DNA of 64,000 bases from Laetmonice hystrix (Eukaryota). The stretch is from NCBI GenBank assembly GCA_965235115.1, contig OZ249443.1, positions 3,968,001-4,032,000 on the forward strand. The letters are read 5' to 3'. The notes below the pieces were generated by a model. That model ran no database searches. It was given only the letters and a program-made list of their open reading frames with translations, and was not told where the DNA came from. Made by a program: the position numbers and the translations under genes. Numbering within the stretch: position 1 is the stretch's first letter; every line of letters begins with the position of its first letter. This document shows positions 28,701 through 40,800 of this stretch, piece after piece.

Positions 28701-31700
28701 GTTAGGTAACTTACTGACTCCATCCCAGTAAACTGGGGACAACCCCATACCCCACCCGACTGCCCCACCCCCACCGCCACGTGACTTCTGGGTTCAAATA
28801 CCTGACGTGCCATATCGTTAGGTAACTTACTGACTCCATCCCAGTAAACTGGGGACAACCCAATACCCCACTCCCCCACCCCACACCCCAGGCCCAGTCC
28901 CCCACCCCACTCCCCCACCCCACACCCCAGGCCCAGTCCCCCACCCCACCCCACTGCCCCACCCTCACCGCCACGTGACTTCTGGGTTCAAATACCTGAC
29001 GTGCCATATCGTTAGGTACTGATTCCATCCCAGTAAACGGGGACAACCCCACACCCCACCCCACTGCCCCACCCCCACCGCCACGTGACTTCTGGGTTCA
29101 AATACCTGACGTGCCATATCGTTAGGTAACTTACTGACTCCTCCCCCAGTAAACTGGGGACAACCCCATACCCCACCCCACTGCCCCACCCCACTGCCCC
29201 ACCCCCACCGCCACGTGACTTCTGGGTTCAAATACCTGACGTGCCATATCGTTAGGTAACTTACTGATTCCATCCCAGTAAACTGGGGACAACCCCATAC
29301 CCCACTCCCCCACCCCACACCCCAGGCCCAGTCCCCCACCCCACTCCCCCACCCCACACCCCAGGCCCAGTCCCCCACCCCACCCCACTCCCCCACCCCA
29401 CACCCCAGGCCCAGTCCCCACACCCCACCCCACTGCCCCACCCCCACCGCCACGTGACTTCTGGGTTCAAATACCTGACGTGCCATATCGTTAGGTAACT
29501 TACTGATTCCATCCCAGTAAACTGGGGACAACCCCATACCCCACTCCCACACCCCACACCCCAGGCCCAGTCCCCCACCCCACTCCCCCACCCCAGGCCC
29601 AGTCCCCACCCCCCACCCCACTGCCCCACCCCCACCGCCACGTGACTTCTGGGTTCAAATACCTGACGTGCCATATCGTTAGGTAACTTACTGATTCCAT
29701 CCCAGTAAACTGGGGACAATCCCATACCCCACTCCCCCACTCCACACCCCAGGCCCAGTCCCCCACCCCACTCCCCCACCCCCACCGTGTGGCAGGCTGT
29801 GATCAGTAGTCTTTACCCGACAGGACACGCTGGCCGACCTCAGCCCTGACATCCATGATAATATCGTCGCATAATCTAGTGGTGATCATTTGAAAATTGC
29901 CACCTAACCCATAAACCTACTCTCAGTTCAAAAACTCCCCGCCCCCCTAATAAATTCACCCCTTTCCCTGTCCGTGCCCAACCACTACAAGATAGAGTGG
30001 ACCAAACGGCGGCGTTTGAAGGAAATAAAGTTGGGGGGGGGGGGGGGCGCTATGCCGTCGAAAACTCAAAGGGTTAGGCCAAGGTGGTGTACTTGTATAC
30101 ATGCAGGGGTGATTTGGTAGGGGTCATAAAGTAGGTTACGCGTCTTTGATATGGCTAAGTAAGCCCCCACCTCCCGATTAGAAAAGAAAATCACTACTTA
30201 ATATAGAGTCTATGTGACGTGTGATCGCCAACCTAAGGGTGGGGTGGAAAGGTAGGGGAGGGTTCGCCAGTATGGTCAGTGGCAGTGGTCTGGGTGGGAG
30301 GATTCTGGCCGGTAAATATTACTGGAAGGGTGTTCAAGAATTGTGAAGAATCTTTACTTTACTAACGGTCTTTACTAAAAATAGGGTGATTTCTGTCAAT
30401 CTAGGACAAACTGGTCGGACACTATTAATTGGCCTTGAGCTGTGCTAGGAATGGCCTGAGAAATTAGTAGATCAGTTAGTTTATTGTATGCTTACACCTT
30501 GGACAAAATTAATGATATAGTTTATCGTAAGCTAACACCTTGGACAAAATGAATGATATAGTTTATCGTAAGCTAACACCTTGGACAAAATGAAGGATAT
30601 AGTTTATCGTAAGCTAACACCTTGGACAAAATGAAGGATATAGTTTATCGTAAGCTAACACCTTGGACAAAATTAATGATATAGTTTATCGTAAGCTAAC
30701 ACCTTGGACAAAATTAATGATATAGTTTATCGTAAGCTAACACCTTGGACAAAATTAATGATATAATTTATCGTAAGCTAACACCTTGGACAAAATTAAT
30801 GATATAGTTTATCGTAAGCTAACACCTAGGACAAAATTAGTTTATCGAAGCTAACACGTTGGACAAAATTAATGATTAGATCAATTAATTCTGATCGACT
30901 TCTGATAAGTTATTAGTTTACATTTCATTTCGAATTGTTCAGCAGATTTCTACTGTATTCTGTGTGATAGATTTCTACTGTATTCTGTGTGATAGATTTC
31001 TACTGTATTCTGTGTGATAGATTTCTACTGTATTCTGTGTGATAGATTTCTACTGTATTCTGTGTGATAGGGAGTTTCCACAAGGGGCCTAGTTTCGAGA
31101 TCCACGTCACTAAAGTTCATACAGGACGTGTATGGGAAGTCTTAAGGCCCGTGTGTACACAGAACCACAGCACACCCCTCACTCTGCCAAGCCGGCCCGA
31201 GTCACAGACAGTTCTTACCTGAGTAGGAGCTGAATAATCCGGCAGGACAGGTAGCCCAACTTAGGAGTTCCACCGGAGTGGATCCATGGTGGTAGTGATC
31301 GGTGGGGTGACTATGAAGGGTAAATCCAGGTGGGATGGGGTGGGGTCAATCCGGGGGTTATCACAGGGTGTCAGACGGGTCGGTCAGAAGGTGGGGTTGT
31401 ACACACACACATACAGGTGTCCTGGTTCCTGACGGTATCCCGACTGGCCCTGCTCTCTTTACCTGCTGCCGACTGTCGCCCTACTGCACGGCGCTGTGCC
31501 ACAGTGGTGGTGGGCCGTGGTGGTGGTGCTGTGGTGGCGTTAAGAAGTGGTGGTGGGGGGGGGGGTGTATCAGCGGCGGTGGCAGTGTGTTCTGAGGTAG
31601 TGAGTCCCACCGGTACCGTGGCTGGACTCACACAGCAAGGTGTGCTCACTCGACCGTGGACTCACACAGCGTGACGAACCGTGCCCTACATACTCACTCA

Positions 31701-34700
31701 TGAGGAGTCGGCACGACGGCAGGGCTGGGGGGTAACAAACTCCGCCGGTTTACCCTTTCACCCTCCACCCCTCCTGAACTCCACCCTCTCCCATCCGGAG
31801 TGTGGTCACGGGGGTGTGACCTTAACCCTATACGGGTCTGTCACCCCGTGGAAGTACCAATGATATGTTACTAACGGGGAATTCAGCGCCGACACGCTTG
31901 AGTAAACACCACCAGAGCTGCGCTTGAACCTATAAGCGCCAAGTGACGCTAACATTCAAACGTTGTGAGAGCGTCAGGCGTGTTTTTTTTATTATTATTA
32001 CAAGCAAACATTGAGTGTTAGTCATTTAGTCCACAAACTGGTTAGGCTAGTCTCTGTACGCTGGTCGAAGCATGCACTGGGACCGTCAGGGGATGGGGAT
32101 CATGGTGGGGGAAGCCCAGAGAAACAACCCTTTCCAGGTACCAGCTTTACTCAACCTGGCCTGGGTTCTCCGGTAGCCTGAGAAAAATGGCACCGGAAAA
32201 AAATGGCCACGGGAAAAAAGGCACAGGAAAAAATGGCCACGTCTTTGGGTTTCTAGGCTCCTAATGGAGTTAACCCCCCTTCCCAAATGTATATTATGAA
32301 GTGGAAATCTTTTTTGGGAAGGGGGGGCGGGGGGGGGGGGGGGTGATACGGCACTAGTAGACCTTTTTTTAAAGATTTTCTTACTTATTATCATTTTCAT
32401 ATACATTGTATTTTTACGGGGATTGTCATCTCTTCTCTCTTCCTCCATTTTTTAAGTCACTAAATTGATCAGTAAACGTCCCCGTTTAGTGAATTGGCAC
32501 TGACAAGGAACTGTGTGAAGTCCTCCTTTAATTATAACTCTGAGAGTAGAAGTTGTCCCTATCTCCTGCTCAGCTCCCCTCCCCGCCTCGCCATGAAAAA
32601 AGATGATTTTATCATTCAGTAGTATCTAAAGATTCTAAGTATACCTATACATGTTTAGCCAATGTAAGCACGTAAAACTACGAGCCACTGCTGTAAAATG
32701 GAAACCCTCGGTCATGTTTGATGTGGTTTGCGATGGTGAAAGGACAGAAAATCGTTAGAGCCAGGATAAATATTTGAAAGCCATTAAACCAAAGTGTCAT
32801 TTTTCAGGCGGCATTGAAGGAAAGCAGGTCACCTTCAAGTAAATGGGAAGTAAGTCCAAAATGGTCCTTCCTTTTTTTTTCCTCTCCGTATTTCGCACTC
32901 ATGTGTAGCAACCAGTATGTGTACCTCAATGGAGAATGTCCTGTCAAGCGAGGAGAGAGTAATTGTTGCGATTAGAATCGTCTCCGAGATCATCGTTTAT
33001 CACATTTCACATCCATGTGTGTGAGGGGGAAGCTGTTGAAGGAATAATGGAATAATTCGCTAAGTGGGGAGTGTTTGACAACATTGAGAGGTGGTAGACA
33101 AATTCTTATACAAATTAATAATCAGACTTTTATTCTCTCCTCTATTCTCTTTCTTAGACTCTATTACAAACCAATCGAAGTGTTAACAAGATAGTGAAAG
33201 AAAAAGATTCAGGAAGGGATCGCAAATTGAGATGGGCATTGTAAACAAAAAACAAATTCCATTTTATTTGAAGGCTCAAAAAAGTCAGAAGCGGTCCTTC
33301 CTCATTTTAATTTATTTACACCGGCGGCGGTTGGTGAGGAAATGCCAGCGTTGAACTGATCATGTCAGTAGTTGATCCGTGTTACGGTTGCAGGGAGTGA
33401 CCACACACAACACCAAACTTTTAAAAAAACCGACAGGAAGCAAATGTCAAGGTGCGGCTGACTTCAAACCTTGACAGTTCCGTTATGTGTGAGAGCTTCA
33501 TACAACAAGGCTATATATGGCAGGGGAAGATCACCCATGGTAAAGTATCCGTGAAATTAGCGGGTAGAAGAAATAAATATCTAACTCTAACCCCTCCCGG
33601 TCCTCAGGCCGCTTCAAATACTTACCACTAACCCCTACTCCCGGGCCTCAGACATCCCCATACAAATACTTACTCCCATCCCATACCCCAGTTTCATGGT
33701 ACATTATCATGGGAGATTATTCAGCCTGTCTATACGTATAGTAGGCCTACAGTACGGTCCTCACTCAGGCCTGTAGCTGTAGCTGAGGCGGTGCACGCGA
33801 CACCTGAAGTAAATGTCAACAAATATATCCCGGCAGTGGAATATATAAGTTTGTCATTCAGTCATGTATACAAGTATGCTAACCTGTAGCCTACTGCATG
33901 CTCATTAATAGGCTTTACATGTCGAGATAGCATTGTAAGTAGGGCACTCAGACGCGAGGTCTTAGATTTCTTATATCAAGACTAGAAGAGGGGTTAGGCC
34001 TATACATCATGTTTTCTTTGGTTTCAGACACATGCGCAGTTCACTGTACAGTCAGATGGTGATAGTGTCGATTTGCCGACGTAGTGATGAATTGTTTTGG
34101 GACAATAGATCATTGGTCCAGCTTGAGCGATACATAATATAACGTGGTTGTATTGTCGCAGGTAGTTGTACAAGACACCAGGTGGCGTCAGTTGTGCCCA
34201 GACGTCATGAAAGCCCAGTTCTCATTCACAATTCCGCCAATAGGGGTCTCTGCAGTGGCAGCGACCGTCAGAGACCCCTAGCAGAGCGGGATTTGGAATG
34301 GTAACCGGGCTAGTCAACCGGCACTTACCTAGCCTCGATCCCGTGACCCTTTGCGCGCAGAGCTTGCATATACCTGTGATAACGGGGCGGGTATTCGGCC
34401 TAGCACTTACCCCCTGACGGCAGAAGTGCACACTAAAGTTCTGCTCCGGACAAATTTGGTTTTCCATCCTTTTGCGCTTTGAGTAGTGCTACATTTCCCT
34501 GTTTTGTCATAAGCCAAAACATGGAAAATTCTATTTGCTTCTGTGGCGATCACTTAATTTTATTTAGCTTTTTTTCTTTATAAGGTATAAACATACATGT
34601 AATACTTCTCATGGGAAGTCTTTGTAGTAGTACAATGTATAGTTAGAACAAACATCATTGTGGGAAACCTAGGTGATAGAATAGAACACAACATTATTTC

Positions 34701-37700
34701 ATATTAAATTGAAAAAGAAAAGGAATTTTCAATGTTCAGTCGAGTGGGCGGCATGGATTAAAAACACGAGCTATATTATAGACCGTTAATACCGGGCTAA
34801 TTATTGGTAAAAACGCATGACTGAAAATTGACAAGTCAAACTGAGTTAAATCAAGTACATGTAGATTAGCGGTAATAAAAATTATTATTCTGTGCATTTT
34901 TAAACTTCCAGGGTCGCAAAGGAAATAAATCGAAGGTCAAATTTCTACAAGTGTCTGATGTTGTCATGGCAACAGAATCGGTATTGGTTTTCTTATTGAC
35001 AGTAAACTGTGAACGGAATCTTATTTGATTTTGCATACGTTTGCGGAATTTCTTCTCCCTGTCCTCCCTGACGTTCATCTCTCTCTATTTATCCTTCGAA
35101 CTCAAACTTCTTTCTTTCGTATCGTCTGCCCTCTATTTCTCTACTTTATTCTCATGTAATCCTTGTGCTTTTTGCAAACGATTGCAAATATCGAATAGCT
35201 TGTATAGCAGTGGAATAAATAGTACGTCTACTATTTGTGGCACATGATTGTTTATATAGAAGTTAGGCACAAACTGTATCAAGGTCTCCACCACCTGGGG
35301 TGTGGTGAAAACAAAGCTGTCATTGTTTGATTAACATTGTCAAAAGTCTAGTTTAATACAGCATGCTTACAAAGCTTCCAGGAAACAGCAAAAGTTTAAC
35401 GATTTGATTGGTTATTCAAGGTCACATTGAACAGTTCTTCCAGCAATGTTCCTGGTGTACACATGTACTGTAGTCAAACTCCACCGCCTGTTTATCCTGA
35501 CCGCATCGCTGATGTTCCATGCTTACTAATTGGAATATCGTCATTTATTTCTTTCAGAAATTTTGAGAGCGCTTTTCAAGTAGATTTCAAGTATTGTTAT
35601 GTCGTTTCTGTGTGAATGTACTGTGTTTCAAATGTTATTTTATATGAAATCTCAGACGTGTCCCTATTGATGTACAGGCTCCGTCAACAAAACGGGCGAC
35701 CTCTAAAAGCCAAGGTGTTCGCGCGGAGTCCAGGCAGGATGAGGTAGAATTGCTGGCACTTCTCTCAATGTCATCGTTTTTATACATCCCTGGCACTCCT
35801 ATGTGTAGTCACTTGGACATTTTCTATTTGAAATGTTACTTATAGATGTGACACCAACATATCGATGCACAGGTGCCATCGAGCCATGGCTGGCATATAA
35901 ACGTCTGATAAACGTTATAATCATGTGAATGTAAAGTTTAAGTGATCATTTGTGTCAGCTGTGTCACCATGCACAGATCATGTGCAATGTGTCAAATCTT
36001 TATTGTCTGTGGACCACTTGTCAGACTGTCCTTGCTACTGAGTACACGATGTGTCAAATTGCCATGGTAACTGTTGTCAGTAAAACTGGTTCCGTCCCCA
36101 TGGTAACTGACTGCGTACTAGACTTCATGTGAAATTACCATGGTAACTGACCGGGCACCATTGATAACATTTCCATGGTAACTGACTGAGTACTAGACTT
36201 CATGTCAAGTTACCATGGCAACTGACCGGGCACCATTGATAACATTTCCATGGTAACTGACTGAGTACTAGACTTCATGTCAAATTACCATGGCAACTGA
36301 CCGGGCACCATTGATAACATTTCCATGGTAACTGACTGAGTACTAGACTTCATGTCAAATTACCATGGCAACTGACCGGGCACCATTGCTATTTCCATGG
36401 TAACAGCATGAGCACCACGTTTAAACTCGCCTTGGTAGGCTAATTACACACCACGTGTCAATTCATGGCTGTTGTTCTGATTTGAGAAGTTCTTATTTGT
36501 GACTTACGAAGATAAGGATATATTTTGTGGGGTAGGCCTATTTTATAAAGATCATATAAGCAATGAGTTATGAAAGTTGAATTGAAAAGATAACTTCATG
36601 GGTTAGACCAAGAACAAGCAAAGTGTTATTTTCTAAGTGTACATGTATGTTTTGATGTGTGCAGGGTTCCCGGAGCCCGCTGCCCATGGCAGTGAGCGAG
36701 GTGTTGTTATTTTCTAAGTGTATACATGTTTGGATGTGTGCAGGGTTCCCGGAGCCCGCTGCCCATGGCAGTGAGCGAGGTGTTGTTATTTTCTAAGTGT
36801 ACATGTTTTGATGTGTGCAGGGTTCCCGGAGCCCGCTGCCCATGGCAGTGAGCGAGGTGTTGTTATTTTCTAAGCGTACATGTTTGGATGTGTGCAGGGT
36901 TCCCGGAGCCCGCTGCCCATGGCAGTGAGCGAGGTGTTGTTATTTTCTAAGTGTACATGTTTGGATGTGTGCAGGGTTCCCGGAGCCCGCTGCCCATGGC
37001 AGTGAGCGAGCTAGGTGTTGTTATTTTCTAAGTGTACATGTTTTGATGTGTGCAGGGTTCCCGGAGCCCGCTGCCCATTGCAGTGAGCGAGGTGTTGTTA
37101 TTTTCTAAGCGTACATGTTTTGATGTGTGCAGGGTTCCCGGAGCCCGCTGCCCATGGCAGTGAGCGAGGTGTTGTTATTTTCTAAGTGTACATGTTTTGA
37201 TGTGTGCAGGGTTCCCGGAGCCTGCTGCCCATGGCAATGAGCGAGGTAGTGTTATTTTCTAAGTGTACATGTTTGGATGTGTGCAGGGTTCCGGGAGCCC
37301 GCTGCCCATGGCAGTGAGCGAGGTGTTGTTATTTTCTAAGTGTACATGTTTTGATGTGTGCAGGGTTCCCGGAGCCCGCTGCCCATGGCAGTGAGCGAGG
37401 TAGTGTTATTTTCTAAGTGTACATGTTTTGATGTGTGCAGGGTTCCCGGAGCCCGCTGCCCATGGCAGTGAGCGAGGTGTTATCAACGACCAAGGGGACC
37501 ACCTTCTACGTACTCACGGTGGCCGGCGAACACGGTATCCAGGACGAGGCTGACGTTAAACCGGCGCCACCTGACGGCAAGTAGAAACACTATGGACAGA
37601 CTAACCCACCTTCTGTAACCACTCAGTCACGAATCATCCCGAATTTCAATAATGCCATGCAATTAAAAAACCGAAATATCTTTGTGAAAGGAAGGTTTTG

Positions 37701-37842
37701 AAATCTTGTTGATGACTAATTATTGTAGCGGGGACAATCGCTGATAGAAAAGTTGATAAAGCCCCCCTTACACACAATGTACGTTAATTACGTCTCCCCC
37801 CAGCTGGGGGAGACGTTTTGTTTTGCACGCTGTTTCTGACCG

Positions 37843-37874
<32 letters not shown>

Positions 37875-40800
37875 GTTTCTTTTATTTTCTTCTTTTTGGA
37901 ATAACTCGGCCACTGTTAGAGAGGGAGTTATCAAATTTGAAATGGCCCGACAGAACCTTCTGAAAAATCTTTGTTTCTACTTATAGTGCCATTTGACCTT
38001 TGACCTCTTCTGTGGCACGAATGTGCCAACTTGTGCTGTGATCACGATAACGCGAGAAAAATAGCCTGAATCGATCCAAAATTGGTATGTCGGCCTTCTT
38101 TCATCCGGGGCTTGGACAAGTTCGAAAACCAGTTTGGTTGACCCAGAACTTTCAAGATGGCGGCTGATCTAAAAAAAATGGCACGTGCCATTTTTTTGCC
38201 AAAGCCATAACTCGGAAAATACTGGCTGGAATAACATCAAATTTGGTCAGCAGGGTCATCTATGTGCCAAATTTAGATTTCCCGGAGGACACGTTCCTGT
38301 GACCCCAGATGACCTCTGTGTGACCTTCAACATTTTCGAAGTGGTTGGGCGCTTACTTGACGTCAGCTCAAAAACTACCCGGGCTAGAAAGTCCTAATTT
38401 GGGGAAAAGACAACTGTGGATATTTTCTCGGGATTTTGCTATTTTTAGCACTTCATGACCTTTGACCTCAGTACCGTGCCAACCTTAGAGAAGCCTTTTA
38501 TATATCCCAAACCCCTGACCGTATCTTTATGAAACTTGGTGGAGAAGAATCTCCAGGTCTTTGCCTACAACCGCTACATTAAGTGTTTTTCTCTACAGTT
38601 AATAGTTTCCGACTTATGCGGCTTACACAGCGCGTAAACAACTTGTTTCTGATTGGCTGTATGCTAATGAGTATCCAGAACTAGCGTGGGAAAAAAAATT
38701 GGCCAGCGGGCCCGCTCCCAGTCACTGGCCTGTGCGCCATTCGGGAATCCTCGGCCATATCTTCGAAAGTAGCCTCGGGTGAAACAGGTGCCATTTTGAG
38801 CATTGCATCTCGGGTACATTTAGCCGGGACTCTCGACAGCATGGCAGTGCTTGCAGTATTTTGTCTGCATCAGGCACGGAAGCAACTAAAATAGGCCTAC
38901 AATGCTTTCCCCGAAGTCAGTGGGCAATATTACAATAGTATCATGTCATGATACAACTTAAATTACAACATGATTACAAGTAGTCCTACCATGTGTCGGG
39001 CCAGTGTCGTACGCGTGTCGTACATGGGCGCGGCCATATTGCTTCCCGGAATTTAATAAATTACCGTATTGACGCCCATTTAGGTAAATTGGGTGATTCA
39101 TTTTTCTTCTTCAAACGTTCCCCTTCATACCAGAAATTTATATTTGCACATACAACGCCGAAGGAGCAGGTGTCAATAATGCACTACTTCCTGGCTCGAT
39201 GGGATATGACGGTTCACTCAGTGCCTCGCTACACACCTCCATTTGGCGGTATATCCGGTTGCCAAACATGGCCGCTATTCCACCCGAAGGTATATTCGAA
39301 TAGCAGGAAGTGACGTCATATGCCCGAGGGAGTCCCGAATGGCCTGTGCGCCTGTTCTCAGCCGTTGTCCCTGGCAACTCCCGCCAATCCCCAGTCAGGC
39401 GTCCTTCTCAGCCGTGGTAACTCCCCACCAAACCCCTACACCACTGTGGCGACACCTACCAGCGTAACTCGAGTTACCTAGATTCAACATGGCGGACGGT
39501 AAGTTCAGCCCATTTTCTCCCTCACGATTGCTTCTCTATTAGCGCATTATATATCTAAATATTTGGTTTGGGAAGAGTTTATGAACGGTTCATTATGTGT
39601 ATGGGGTTCCTTCCATGTAATCTTAGTTGCTGAAGGAGAAATCGCATACTGTTTTGGGGCTAGTACCTGCGTAACTCATTCTGCGGTACCTGCGTAACTC
39701 TAACCCAGTTTTGGGCGGTTACCAGCGTAACTCGGCAAAGTAACTACTGGAAGGTGAACTCGGTTAATTTTGCTGTAGACATGTCTATGGATCAGTTTGT
39801 GCTGGGCACACCCGTCAAAACTATGGATAGGACAAAAATAAGGGTCCTTATGAACACTCCTGGGTGTAGGCCCCCTAATTGTCTCCTTGCATCATATTAT
39901 CTGGGTGTGCACCTTAGTGCATAAACAGAGAGTTACGCAGGTACAAGCCTTCGAGTTACGTTGGTTTGTCTGTTTCCCTGAGATAGAGTTACGCAGGTAC
40001 TAGCCCCAAAACAGTACGCGATTTCTCCTTCAGCAACTAAGATTACATGGAAGGAACCCCATACACATAATGAACCGTTCATAAACTCTTCCCAAACCAA
40101 ATATTTAGATATATAATGCGCTAATAGAGAAGCAATCGTGAGGGAGAAAATGGGCTGAACTTACCGTCCGCCATGTTGAACCTAGGTAACTCGAGTTACG
40201 CTGGTAGGTGTCGCCACAGTGTACACGGGCCGGCCCGTATTTAATACCGGCGACGACATGCGAGATGCGAGACAGTGTGTTTGGGTTAGGGTAAAGGTTA
40301 GGCCTACGGTTAGTGTTAGTTTTCACTTTAGCCCCAAAATTATTGTCATCAGTATTTTCAATTAGCAGTAACTTGGAAATAGAGCCAGATAGGCCCATAG
40401 TTACTATTGAAGACAGATAGGAAGTCATTATGGCCTTTAAAATGACACAATTTTTAATTAGGTCACGTGACCCTACGTGACTCTATGACATCATCGGTAT
40501 TTTCAATTAGCAATAACTTGGAAACAGAGCCAGATAGGCCCATAGTTACTATTGTAGACAGATAGGAAGTCATATATGGCCTTTAAAATGACACCATTTT
40601 TAATTAGGTCACGTGACCCTACGTGACTCTATGACGTCATCAGTATTTTCAATTAGCAGTAACTTGGAAATAGAGCCAGATAGGCCCATAGTTACTATTG
40701 AAGACAGATAGGAAGTCATTATGGCCTTTAAAATGACACAATTTTTAATTAGGTCACGTGACCCTACGTGACTCTATGACATCATCGGTATTTTCAATTA

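Noticed and set aside
39442-39480. Bona fide 12/23 recombination signal sequence
   Set aside because: A heptamer-like CACTGTG is present, but the sequences at 12- and 23-bp spacing (AGCGTAACT, AGTTACCTA) do not resemble the nonamer, and both ends are identical rather than asymmetric.
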